From Coriobacteriia bacterium (lineage in GTDB: Bacteria; Actinomycetota; Coriobacteriia; Anaerosomatales; Anaerosomataceae): a stretch of DNA of 61,408 bases. The stretch lies in assembly GCA_049657775.1 (NCBI GenBank), contig JBASNZ010000085.1:1-61408 (forward strand), written 5' to 3'. The translations under genes were made by a program, and so were the position numbers. Below the pieces are notes generated by a model. The model did no database searches and was not told where the DNA came from. It worked only from the letters and a program-made list of their open reading frames with translations. This document shows positions 18,048-26,757 of this stretch, in pieces. Each line of letters opens with the position of its first letter. The stretch's first letter is position 1.

Positions 18048-18865
18048 CGAAATACGCGTTCCTGGGACCTGCTGGCACCTTCAGCGAGGAGGCGCTGCTC
18101 TCTCTCAAGCTGCCGGACTGCGAGCCGCTCGCGTGCTTGACCATCCCGGAGGTGTTCGAAGCCGTCGAACGAGGCCACGCCGAGGCCGGCGTGGTGCCGA
18201 TCGAGAACTCCATCGAGGGCTCGGTGTCGGCGACCCTGGATGCGCTTGTGTTTGACACGCAGCTCGAGATCCAACGCGAACTGGTCATCAACATCCGATT
18301 CTCGCTTGTGGTGGCGCCCGGAACCGCTTTGGCGGATGTAAAGTCCGTGGTGGCGCATCCCCAGGCGAGCGGTCAGTGCCGCCGCTGGCTGGAGCGCAAC
18401 CTCCCCGGTCGCCCTGTTGTGGCCGCAAACTCCAATGCCGGGGCCGTGCAGATCGCTGTCGCAAACCCGGGTGTTGCCGCCCTGGGCCCCTCGATCGCTG
18501 CCGAGCTCTACGGCGGCGAGGTGCTTGAGCACGACGTGCAAGATTACGCGGGCAACCAGACGCGGTTCGTCCTCATCGGCCGCGGACTGCAGCCGAGGAC
18601 GGGAAGCGACAAGACATCGCTCGCCCTGTTCATGAAGAAGGACAAGCCGGGCGCGCTGCTCATGATCCTCTCGGAGTTCGCCTACGGCGAGATCAACCTG
18701 ACGAAGATCCAGTCGCGGCCGACCAAGCGCCAGCTTGGCGACTACATGTTCTTCGTGGACTGCGAGGGGCATGTGGAGGACGCGAACGTCCGGCTGGCGC
18801 TCGATTGCCTGCGGCTCAAGCTGCGAGAGGTCAAGGTCCTGGGGAGCTATCCCAAGGCGAAGTAG
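18044..18865 (+). CDS. pheA: prephenate dehydratase with C-terminal ACT domain
   Basis: MTKYAFLGPAGTFSEEA start, TRF, ESRP-like motifs; GTG start overlaps the upstream stop. Confidence 0.85.
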   Translation: MTKYAFLGPAGTFSEEALLSLKLPDCEPLACLTIPEVFEAVERGHAEAGVVPIENSIEGSVSATLDALVFDTQLEIQRELVINIRFSLVVAPGTALADVKSVVAHPQASGQCRRWLERNLPGRPVVAANSNAGAVQIAVANPGVAALGPSIAAELYGGEVLEHDVQDYAGNQTRFVLIGRGLQPRTGSDKTSLALFMKKDKPGALLMILSEFAYGEINLTKIQSRPTKRQLGDYMFFVDCEGHVEDANVRLALDCLRLKLREVKVLGSYPKAK

Positions 18866-18868
18866 CGG

Positions 18869-19297
18869 CTACTCCGCCGCCTGCGTGCCGATGAGTACCA
18901 CCCCGTCGCCGAGGCCGATTTCGCGCGCGATTCCCGCGAGCACCCTGTCAGCAGTGACCAGCGTGAACCCGCTCTGGATCGCCGCAGCGACGTAGTAGCA
19001 GTCGTAGATGGGGTGGTCGAACTCAAGGGCGATGTGCAGGGCGTCGGCGGTGAGGTCGGCGAGTGGGAGGGGCTGCAGCGGGTACGCCAGGAGGTTGGCG
19101 AGCGCCTCACCGACCGCGTTGTCGTCGACCTGGCCCCGATGCGAGCGCTTCCAGAGTGCATTGGCACACTCGGCATACACGAGCTCAGGACATACTATCT
19201 CTGTGGCGGCGCGCATGACTCGTACCGCAGCGGCTGATCCAGGTTCATCCACCAGGCACTTCACCAGCACCGATGCATCGGAGACGAGTTCCATCAT
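18869..19297 (-). CDS. vapC: PIN-domain toxin (VapC family)
   Basis: Conserved acidic residues (LVSDASVLVK..., YDCYYVAAA, TAD); 4-nt overlap with the upstream antitoxin gene. Confidence 0.75.
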   Translation of the reverse strand: MMELVSDASVLVKCLVDEPGSAAAVRVMRAATEIVCPELVYAECANALWKRSHRGQVDDNAVGEALANLLAYPLQPLPLADLTADALHIALEFDHPIYDCYYVAAAIQSGFTLVTADRVLAGIAREIGLGDGVVLIGTQAAE

Positions 19298-19530
19298 CGC
19301 GAGTCGCGATCCTCTCGTATGAGGTCGGTGCTGTCATCTGTGATGTTCCACGCCCTGGAGCGCTCCCGGAACTCGTCAGCCTTGCTCCACCACTCGGCGA
19401 GGGTGGGCCTTGCCGCGGCGTGCAGCACGGACATGAGCTCCACCTGGAGCGAGTGCTTGTTGTTAGCGGCGCGCTCCTTGAGCTTGGCCACAAGGTCCTC
19501 CGGTACGTCTCTGATGAGCAAGTCGGGCAC
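19294..19530 (-). CDS. vapB: RHH (Arc/FitA-like) antitoxin VapB
   Basis: MPDLLIRDVPEDLVAKLKERAANNKHSLQVEL, FitA/StbC-type N-terminus. Confidence 0.7.
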   Translation of the reverse strand: MPDLLIRDVPEDLVAKLKERAANNKHSLQVELMSVLHAAARPTLAEWWSKADEFRERSRAWNITDDSTDLIREDRDSR

Positions 19531-19681
19531 GGCGCGCCTCCTCCAATCGGTGATAGCAGAATGATAGCACCGTGAAGCGCAGTTGCATCGTACGTGTGAG
19601 GCCTTTCCGACCTCTGACCGAAATCCAACCGGGGCATTGAGGCATACTTGAGCCGTGGACGCCGGCTGAAGGGGGCATCAG

Positions 19682-20134
19682 ATGCGCAAGACGATGAAGG
19701 AATTCAGGGAGTTCGCGATCAAGGGCAACGCCGTCGATCTGGCCGTTGGCGTGATCATCGGCGCGGCGTTCGGCGCTGTTGTCACATCACTGGTAAAAGA
19801 CGTGATCATGCCGCCGATCGGCGCGCTGCTCGGCGGAGCGGACTTCTCGCAGTTGTTCGTTGTGCTCAAAGAGGGCGCGACCGCGGCGCCATACGCGACC
19901 GTGCAGGCGGCTGCTGATGCGGGTGCCGTGACGCTCAACTACGGCGTATTCGTGAACACGCTACTCAACTTCGTCATCGTGGCCTTCGCGGTGTTCATGC
20001 TGGTGAAGCTGATCAACCGGCTGCGCAAGACGGAGGAAGCAGAAGTCACCACCAAGGAGTGCCCGTTCTGCCTCACCGAGGTGCCGCTGGCGGCCGTCAA
20101 GTGCCCGGCATGCACGAGCGAGTTGGGGAAGTAG
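19682..20134 (+). CDS. mscL: large-conductance mechanosensitive channel MscL with C-terminal CxxC-x13-CxxC zinc-ribbon extension
   Basis: [32 protein letters not shown]...IMPPIG matches MscL TM1; C-terminus [26 protein letters not shown]. Confidence 0.85.
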   Translation: MRKTMKEFREFAIKGNAVDLAVGVIIGAAFGAVVTSLVKDVIMPPIGALLGGADFSQLFVVLKEGATAAPYATVQAAADAGAVTLNYGVFVNTLLNFVIVAFAVFMLVKLINRLRKTEEAEVTTKECPFCLTEVPLAAVKCPACTSELGK

Positions 20135-20161
20135 GGCGAGGACGACCGGCGAGGTGGGGTC

Positions 20162-20640
20162 CTACGCGAGCGCGCGACCCAGTCGCCGCGCGAGCGCACC
20201 GAGCGTCACAAGCGGAGGCAGGCCCGGAGTCTCGGGCAGCACCGAGGCGTCCGCGACGAACAAGCCCTCGATCTGCGTCTGCAGGCCGCTGTCCACGACC
20301 GTCCCGATGGCCGCCGTGCCGCCCGGATGTGCGCCTTGCGGCTTGCTCACCATGATCGAGTCGGGTCATCGTCGAGACGGCCGATGACCTGACCGTCGCC
20401 AAGGTTGCCGTAGATGATGGTGCCTTCGTCGGACTTCTTGGGCATCCGGGTGACGCGATTGCCGTTCTAGATCCGCGTGGCGTCGGCGAGGGTCCCCGGG
20501 TGCTCCTCGCGCCTGCCTGCCTCAAGAACCAGCACGTCTTTGCCAGCGGTTGCGAGTTCGCGCGCGACGATCGCTCCGCCCATACCCGCTCCGACTACGA
20601 TGGCGTGGTAGTGGTGGCTGTCCTCGTGGGTGCTCTTCAT
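20162..20640 (-). pseudogene. GMC-family FAD oxidoreductase remnant (N-terminal ~57 aa and C-terminal ~60 aa retained, middle ~400 aa missing)
   Basis: N-terminal fragment HYHAIVVGAGMGGAIVARELATAGKDVLVLEAG (FAD GxGxxG) and C-terminal fragment [33 protein letters not shown] (GMC C-terminal signature) sit in separate frames only about 110 nt apart. Confidence 0.55.
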
Positions 20641-20768
20641 AACCGAGCCCCCCTGTGGGGGCGTGGCGCGATGGACGCGCCCCGACTCGCCCAAAGATAG
20701 GAAGCGTGTACCCACCTGAGGCCCGCATGGTGCGGGTGATTTCGACGAGCGGTGCGTACGACGGGCGG

Positions 20769-21221
20769 CTAGCGCAGCAGCCGAACGGCGCATTCGGTGA
20801 CGCGCGCGTGGGCGCGGTCGGCGGTGAAGAGCTCGCACTCCAGGAGCATGGCGAGCGCGGGGAAGAGCGCATCGTTGATGGTGAGGTCGTGCTCCCGGGC
20901 GAGTACGACCGCGGCGCTAGTCAGCTGATGCGTGAGAGGTACCGTCACCAGGTCGAAGCCGTGGAGCGCCGCAGCTACATCCTTCAGGGTCTCAAGAGGG
21001 ACGCCCGCGTACTGCATCCCGTTGAGGACCTCTGCCGCAAAGTGCCCCGGGGCCACGAGCGTGGTCTCCCGCGAGCGGTGCCGTTCTAGCAGATGCCACG
21101 CGACGTTGAGGGCACTCTCGTCAGCGCTCTTGAACCACTTGACGGCGACCGAGCTGTCGACGACCACGATACGCGCAGGCGAGACCGCGGACGCGGTCAC
21201 TCGTCCTCCTCCCGCAGCCAT
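20769..21221 (-). CDS. PIN-domain toxin (VapC family); GTG start at about 21200 is an alternative
   Basis: IVVVDSSVAVKWF ... INDALFPALA; overlaps the upstream RHH gene. Confidence 0.65.
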   Translation of the reverse strand: MAAGGGRVTASAVSPARIVVVDSSVAVKWFKSADESALNVAWHLLERHRSRETTLVAPGHFAAEVLNGMQYAGVPLETLKDVAAALHGFDLVTVPLTHQLTSAAVVLAREHDLTINDALFPALAMLLECELFTADRAHARVTECAVRLLR

Positions 21222-21487
21222 CGCGGTGGCGCGTCTCGAACGGCTCGGATGATCGACTCCGCATCAGGTGTGTCTGACGGTAGGCGGTTTGCGATCTCGC
21301 GGGCGCTGGCCATCGCCTCGCTGATGCGCCGGTAACGTTCGGCGTGCTCCTTGCCCGCGTCGAGATCAGCGCCGTAATGCGCGATGGCTTCCTGGATGAA
21401 TGCAGATCGCGAGATTCCCGCCAGTGCGGCGCGGTGATCGACGTCTTCGAGCATGCCGTCCGGCAGCGAGATGGTGGGCTTGGCCAT
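21197..21487 (-). CDS. CopG/RHH-family antitoxin
   Basis: MAKPTISLPDGMLEDVDHRAALAGISRSAFIQEAI ribbon-helix-helix. Confidence 0.65.
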   Translation of the reverse strand: MAKPTISLPDGMLEDVDHRAALAGISRSAFIQEAIAHYGADLDAGKEHAERYRRISEAMASAREIANRLPSDTPDAESIIRAVRDAPPRWLREEDE

Positions 21488-21616
21488 GGGGCGCGCTCCG
21501 CAGGTGGGACGGTAGGTGGTACCAAGAGTAGTACTGGAAGGGAGTGATGGTCAAGAGAGGAGGCGGTGTATCAGCCCTCTAAGATGCGGTGTAGGATCTA
21601 CGCGAGGGGGTTGAGT

Positions 21617-22558
21617 ATGTCGTCAGCATTAGACGCGGTACTGTCTGCTGTTTCGCCCGAGCACGGCAGAGCGCTTGAATGGTTCGTCGAGCACGAGGGG
21701 ACGGTTGGCCCACGCCCGTGGCGCGTTGACGGCAAGTCGGTGGTGCCGGGCGTGACCATGGCTATGACCGCCGAGCGGGGGATCCATAAGCCTGCAGGGC
21801 TGGACTGGGCGCTGAGCATCGGAGCGACCAGTGGAAGTCTCTACCTTGACGGCAAGCCCACTCCGGTTGACAAGTACACCTGGGTGCTGGCCTATCGAGA
21901 GCACTCTGGAACTCAGGGCAGAGGCCTGGAATCGCGCTGGAATCGCGCCCTTCTGCGGAACCTTCGGGATCGTATCCCGGTCGGGGTCTTCGTGCCCGCC
22001 GACGGCGGAGCCAATCTGAACATGGGGCTCGCCATGCCGGAGGACTTCGATCCCGGGACCGGAACGTTCCTGCTGCGCGGACCGATGAGGCATACACAGC
22101 CTGCGGAGATATGGGAGGACAGTCGCAACCGCAGTGACCCACTCGAGAGTCTACTCGTGGCAGAGGCTCTCGATGCAAAGACCCTAGTGGCCGTGCAGCA
22201 GCGCAGGGCGCAGGACGTCTTTCGTGACTCGCTTATGGACGCCTACGCTGGTCGCTGCTGTATTTCGCGCTACGAGGTGCCTGAAGCGCTTCAGGCGGCG
22301 CACATCCTTGCGTACAGCGGTCGGTCCAGCCAGATTCCGGAGAATGGACTTCTATTGCGGGCCGATCTCCACCTCCTCTTCGATAGGCACATGTTCGGCA
22401 TCGATCCAAGCACGATGGTGGTCAAGGTGTCTTCGAAGCTCACACGCACGCCGTACGCGGGCATCGACGGCGTAGCGGTGCTCAGCGCAGCGGATAGCGC
22501 GAGGGCCCCAGACCCGAAGCGGCTGGCGGTACACTGGGCAGTGTTCAGCGGTCAATGA
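21617..22558 (+). CDS. putative modification-dependent (type IV-like) restriction endonuclease: SRA/PUA-like N-terminal domain plus C-terminal HNH nuclease
   Basis: C-terminal RYEVPEALQAAHILAYS...ENGLLLRADLHLLFDRHMFGIDP (HNH_2-type); N-terminal GIHKPAG...ALSIGATSGSLYLDGKP...YTWVLAYREHSGTQGRG...IPVGVFV resembles an SRA/YDG 5mC-binding fold; GGGGG ribosome-binding site before MSSALDAV. Confidence 0.5.
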   Translation: MSSALDAVLSAVSPEHGRALEWFVEHEGTVGPRPWRVDGKSVVPGVTMAMTAERGIHKPAGLDWALSIGATSGSLYLDGKPTPVDKYTWVLAYREHSGTQGRGLESRWNRALLRNLRDRIPVGVFVPADGGANLNMGLAMPEDFDPGTGTFLLRGPMRHTQPAEIWEDSRNRSDPLESLLVAEALDAKTLVAVQQRRAQDVFRDSLMDAYAGRCCISRYEVPEALQAAHILAYSGRSSQIPENGLLLRADLHLLFDRHMFGIDPSTMVVKVSSKLTRTPYAGIDGVAVLSAADSARAPDPKRLAVHWAVFSGQ

Positions 22559-22723
22559 TCAACCGCCCCCTCCATCTCTCCTCGGGCATATCCCTCCCGT
22601 AGCGCGGGCTTCGGCGGCACGTCGTGCCGCGCCCCGCTGATCGGAGGGAGGACGCTTGCAGCGATTCCGCTGGACGAGCTTATCGGGGGGCTTAACTAAC
22701 ACCGCGCGGAAAGCTACTCTGAA

Positions 22724-23769
22724 GTGTTGGAAGTGCAACGGCCTCAGAGTCGACTTCCGAGTATGGACATCGAACCGATCAAGGCGGCACCCGAGGGCAA
22801 GACGCTCGAGTTCAAGCGCGATATCTCCTCGGCAGTACCTATCCTCAAGACGGTGTGCGCATTCGCGAACACCGCTGGTGGCACGCTGCTGATCGGCATC
22901 GAGGACCGCAGCGGCGCCGTGATCGGCGTTGACGATCCGCTCGATGCCGAAGAACGTCTGGCGAGCATCATCGCCGATGGCATCACGCCGCGGCTGCTTC
23001 CCGACATCGAGATCGTGCCCTGGCGGGACACGCACGTCGTCGTGGTGCGCGTGCATCCTGGGCCATCTCGGCCTTACTACCTGGTTGCGCAGGGTTCCGA
23101 GCGGGGCGCGTACGTCCGGTTGGGGTCCACCGATCGCACCGCCGATCCCGAGTTGTTCGCAGAGCTCGCCCGCTCGGCTCGGGGTGTCGGTTTTGACGAG
23201 GGGCCCGACGGTGGCGTGGGGGTCGATGCGCTCGACGCGGTGGCCATCCGGCGCGTGTTCGGAAGGGATCGGGACATCGCACCTGCGGCGCTGAGGACGC
23301 TCAAGCTCACCACCGTGCAAAGCGGCGCAGTCGTTCCAACCGTTGGCGGCATGCTGCTCTTTGGCCGTGACCGGCTCGAGCGGTACCCCGACGCGTGGCT
23401 GCAGGCAGGGCGCTTTCGCGGGCTGACGAAGAGCGCGGTGATCGACTCGGCGGACATAACGGCCGGCCTGGTCGATGCCACTGACCAGGCCATCGCTTTC
23501 GTGCTTCGCAACACCGCGGTCTCATACGAGATCAGAGGAGCCCGCCGCATCGAGGTACCGGAGTACCCGCCGGTCGCGGTTCGGGAGGCCGTAGTGAACG
23601 CGGTCGTGTATGCGGACTACTCGCAGCGTGGCGGCCCCATCAGGATCGCGAGCGACTCCTCAAGCTGATCGAGCGCGGGTTGGTGGTTGAGGTCGGCTCG
23701 GGACCCACGGATCCGCAGCGCCGCTACCACGTGGCCGAGGAGCCTGCGCGGTGGGGTGGGGCGGTCTAG
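22724..23769 (+). pseudogene. AlbA_2 (Schlafen-like) DNA-binding-domain protein, apparently truncated/frameshifted (ORF ends 23668; out-of-frame C-terminal remnant to about 23769)
   Basis: TLEFKRDISSAVPILKTVCAFANTAGGTLLIGIED is an AlbA_2 signature; usual HATPase_c_4 region absent; a +1-frame remnant LKLIERGLVVEVGSGPTDPQRRYHV follows the stop. Confidence 0.5.
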
Positions 23770-23823
23770 CGGAAACGATGAGATTCGCTCGACACTGTCG
23801 GTCAGGTAACCCCGGCGCCTTCG

Positions 23824-24156
23824 CTACTTCGCTCCCAGCAGCGCCCTGACCTGCGCGATCGCCTCAACTCGCTCGTCGCCCATCAGCTCGTCCACGCGCT
23901 TGAGGGCGATCACCACACCCTTGTAGGCGTCTTTGCGCGAGCGGCGGGAGAGCCTGCCCGGCTCGGGCGGCAGGAAGACAGCGAGCTCCGGGGACAGCTT
24001 GTAGCGCTCGGCGGCGTGCATCGCGCGCTCCAGTTCGGCTTCGTTGGGCGACGTCCACGGACGCAGCGTGTACATGACGTATGTCGTAACGAATGCCCCG
24101 GCCACACCCGCGCCACCCTGCAGCCCCGCGAATGCGGCCATCATCGCGGCGGGCAT
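23824..24156 (-). CDS. hypothetical protein (~110 aa)
   Basis: ORF immediately downstream of the glycosylase gene on the same strand; no motif recognised. Confidence 0.35.
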   Translation of the reverse strand: MPAAMMAAFAGLQGGAGVAGAFVTTYVMYTLRPWTSPNEAELERAMHAAERYKLSPELAVFLPPEPGRLSRRSRKDAYKGVVIALKRVDELMGDERVEAIAQVRALLGAK

Positions 24157-24170
24157 CTGCTGCTGGCGGC

Positions 24171-24818
24171 TCACGAGCGTACCGCTCTCTCCTCGGCACG
24201 GCGCAGGGCGAGTCCGTTCCACAGGTAGAGCGATGCGCACGTGCGATACGGCTTCCAGGCCTCGCCGATCGCGGCGATCGGCTCGCGGCTGTCGGCACTG
24301 TCGAGGCCGTAGAGCCACGCAACGGTCGAGCGGAGCGCGCCGTCATCGACCGCGAGCACGTCCGGGCGCCCGAGCGAGAAGATGAGGAACATCTCGGCGG
24401 TCCAGCGGCCGATGCCCTTGACGGCGGTGAGCTCGGTGATGACCTCGTCGTCGGGCAGTGTCGAGACGTGCGCGAGGTCGAGACGCCCGTCCGCCACGTG
24501 CATGGCAAGGTCGCGCAGGAACGCGGTCTTGCTGCCCGAAAGCCCCGCGCCACGAAGCGTTGCGTCGTCCGCCGCCAGGACGTGCTCGGGCGCCACGTCG
24601 CCGCCAAGCGAGCTCACCAGGCGACTCCAGATGGTGCTCGCCGCCTTGTCCGAGAGTTGCTGCGCCACGATCGCGCTCGCAAGTGAGGAGTAGTGGTCGG
24701 TCTCGAGCGTTTGCGTGAGCGGACCGACGCGGGCGATGAGGTCACCCAACACCGCGTCCGCTGCTGAGAGGTGCAGCACCTCGGGCGAGTCGAGATCGTA
24801 TGAGAGCGCGTTGGGCAT
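24171..24818 (-). CDS. HhH-GPD DNA-3-methyladenine glycosylase II (AlkA-type)
   Basis: LTAVKGIGRWTAEMFLIFSLGRPDVLAVDDGALR helix-hairpin-helix/GPD motif with catalytic Asp. Confidence 0.75.
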   Translation of the reverse strand: MPNALSYDLDSPEVLHLSAADAVLGDLIARVGPLTQTLETDHYSSLASAIVAQQLSDKAASTIWSRLVSSLGGDVAPEHVLAADDATLRGAGLSGSKTAFLRDLAMHVADGRLDLAHVSTLPDDEVITELTAVKGIGRWTAEMFLIFSLGRPDVLAVDDGALRSTVAWLYGLDSADSREPIAAIGEAWKPYRTCASLYLWNGLALRRAEERAVRS

Positions 24819-24899
24819 GCGCCGATTGTAGCGCTTGATTCGTGTCAGACCTCGGTCGTACTATGGGTACGACCTCGGAGTACGACCACAGGAGGAGTC

Positions 24900-25184
24900 A
24901 TGGCGGTCGAGAAGTTCTCCATATCGCTGCCTGAGGAGCTTGTCGCCAGCCTCGATGAGATCGCGGCCGAAGATGGACTCACGCGCAGCGCGGTGATCCG
25001 CGAGGTCACAACGGAGTATGTGAGCAAGCGCAGGTCGGCCGCGTACGAGGAGGAACGGCGCAGGCGCATCGACGGCGCGATCGAGGGGTTCAGGCGGCTC
25101 GCGGAGGAGTGGGGCCCCGACGAGCGAAGCGCGGCCGACATCATCCGCGAGATGAGAGAGACCGAGGAGGGGCTCGGTGATTGA
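24900..25184 (+). CDS. CopG/RHH-family antitoxin
   Basis: MAVEKFSISLPEELVASLDEIAAEDGLTRSAVIREV. Confidence 0.7.
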   Translation: MAVEKFSISLPEELVASLDEIAAEDGLTRSAVIREVTTEYVSKRRSAAYEEERRRRIDGAIEGFRRLAEEWGPDERSAADIIREMRETEEGLGD

Positions 25185-25584
25185 CGTGCGGCCCATCGTC
25201 CTCGATGCCTCGATCGGGGTCAAGTGGATCAAACCCTCTGAGGAGGGGGCGGATCAGGCGCTGGCGCTGCTCGCCGAGCATCGGGATCACACTGCCCGAA
25301 TCGTGGTGTCCACCCACTTCGTGACCGAGACGGTTGGCGTTGCGGTGCGACACGGCGGCCCGAGATTGGGAGCGCGTACGTGGCAGCTGCTGCGGGCCGC
25401 GGATCTCACCGTCATCGGCCTGGACGATGAAGTCGTGGCGGCAGCCCTTGGGCAGTGTCAGCTGCTCGGTTGCTGCTTCTTTGACGCGCTTGCGCCTGCG
25501 CTTGCGACGATGCTGGACGCCACGCTCTACTCGGCCGACCGGTGTGCCCACGAGCGATTCCCGGGGGTGGTACTGCTCGGCTAG
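25177..25584 (+). CDS. PIN-domain toxin (VapC family)
   Basis: PIVLDASIGVKWI...; 8-nt overlap with the antitoxin; paralogous to the PIN at 20769-21221. Confidence 0.7.
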   Translation: MIDVRPIVLDASIGVKWIKPSEEGADQALALLAEHRDHTARIVVSTHFVTETVGVAVRHGGPRLGARTWQLLRAADLTVIGLDDEVVAAALGQCQLLGCCFFDALAPALATMLDATLYSADRCAHERFPGVVLLG

Positions 25585-25630
25585 GCGCGTGTCGCGCGGG
25601 CGTTCGGGCGTGGGCGCGCCCGACGCGGTA

Positions 25631-25655
25631 CTCCTCGGCTATACTGCGCGCAGGT
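25631..25655 (+). promoter_or_regulatory. promoter-like element CTCCTCGGCTATACTGC-N3-CAGGT (copy A, -10-like TATACT)
   Basis: AT-rich hexamer in a GC-rich context about 38 nt upstream of the 25684 start; near-identical copy at 26683-26707. Confidence 0.35.
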
Positions 25656-25683
25656 GCCGGACACACCATGTGGAGGATGACGC

Positions 25684-26667
25684 GTGAGCCCGAAGATCTC
25701 GTTTGTGGCGGAGCAGCTGGCCAGTTGCGCGTGGTACCGCTGTCAGGTGCCCGGTCGCGCGCTTGCCGGCGCAGGGTACGACGTGCAGGTTGCCGACTGG
25801 GTCAACATCGACCGCCTCATGGCATCTGACGTGGCCATCTTCCAGCGTCCGTCGCAGCCGCCGATCGTGGGACTCATTCGCGAGCTTGTCGCGCAGGGCA
25901 AGACGGTCGCGATCGACATGGACGACGACCTGTGGCACCTGCACCCATCCAATCCCGTGTACAACGCGTGGAAGACGCCCGAGAACATACAGGCGCTTGA
26001 GGAGTGCATCCGCGCCGCGACACTGGCGACCGCAGCCACGCCCGATCTGGCGAACCTGATGTCGAGGCTCAACAAGAACGCCGTCGTGCTACCCAACATG
26101 CTGCAGCGCGAGGAGTGGCCGGAGTCGCTACCCGAGAAGGACACGGGCGAGCGGCTCATCGTGGGCTGGGCGGGCAGCACGTCGCACCTGCCGGACCTGC
26201 ACCAACTCGTTGGCGTGTTCGAGACCATCCTTGAGAAGCGGGAGAACATCGAGGTGCATGTTGTCGGCGCGCCGGGCGGGTTCTTCAAGGCGCACCCCCG
26301 CCTTCGCGAGCTTGAGTCGGTGGACCTTGAGCACTACCCGCAGCTGATAGCCGGATTCGACATCGGACTCGCGCCGCTCATCGACATCAGCTTCAACCGC
26401 TGCAAGAGCGACCTTAAGTTTCTTGAGTATTCGCTTGTGGGCGCCGCCACGATCGCCTCGGATGTTGCCGCCTACCATCGCACTATCAAGCACGGCGAGG
26501 CCGGCATGCTGGTGAAGAGTCCCAAGGACTGGCTCAAGTACCTAACGCTACTGGTGGACAACGCCGAGCTGAGGCAGAAGCTGCGCGTGCAGGCTCGCGC
26601 GTACGCCGAGACGAGGTTCTCGGACGACAACGTGGGGCTGTGGGAGAAGGCGTACGGGCTGAAGTAG
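25684..26667 (+). CDS. uncharacterised glycosyltransferase-like protein (GT-B/group-1-like)
   Basis: VGWAGSTSHLPDL...IAGFDIGLAPL...CKSDLKFLEY...EAGMLV resembles the C-terminal half of GT1-type transferases; weak call. Confidence 0.4.
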   Translation: MSPKISFVAEQLASCAWYRCQVPGRALAGAGYDVQVADWVNIDRLMASDVAIFQRPSQPPIVGLIRELVAQGKTVAIDMDDDLWHLHPSNPVYNAWKTPENIQALEECIRAATLATAATPDLANLMSRLNKNAVVLPNMLQREEWPESLPEKDTGERLIVGWAGSTSHLPDLHQLVGVFETILEKRENIEVHVVGAPGGFFKAHPRLRELESVDLEHYPQLIAGFDIGLAPLIDISFNRCKSDLKFLEYSLVGAATIASDVAAYHRTIKHGEAGMLVKSPKDWLKYLTLLVDNAELRQKLRVQARAYAETRFSDDNVGLWEKAYGLK

Positions 26668-26682
26668 GGTTGGCGAGGCCGC

Positions 26683-26707
26683 CGCACCCTCTCTCCTCGG
26701 CTATACT
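26683..26707 (+). promoter_or_regulatory. promoter-like element CTCCTCGGCTATACTGC-N3-CAGGT (copy B) upstream of serS
   Basis: 17/17 identical to copy A plus a shared CAGGT; about 60 nt upstream of the serS ATG. Confidence 0.35.
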
Positions 26708-26757
26708 GCCAGCAGGTCCTTGCCAGGTTACGAACGCACCCTTTACGGAGGCTTTCC

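Noticed and set aside
22559-23320. 253-aa minus-strand ORF
   Set aside because: Antisense to the AlbA_2 gene, whose domain signature is clear; no motifs.
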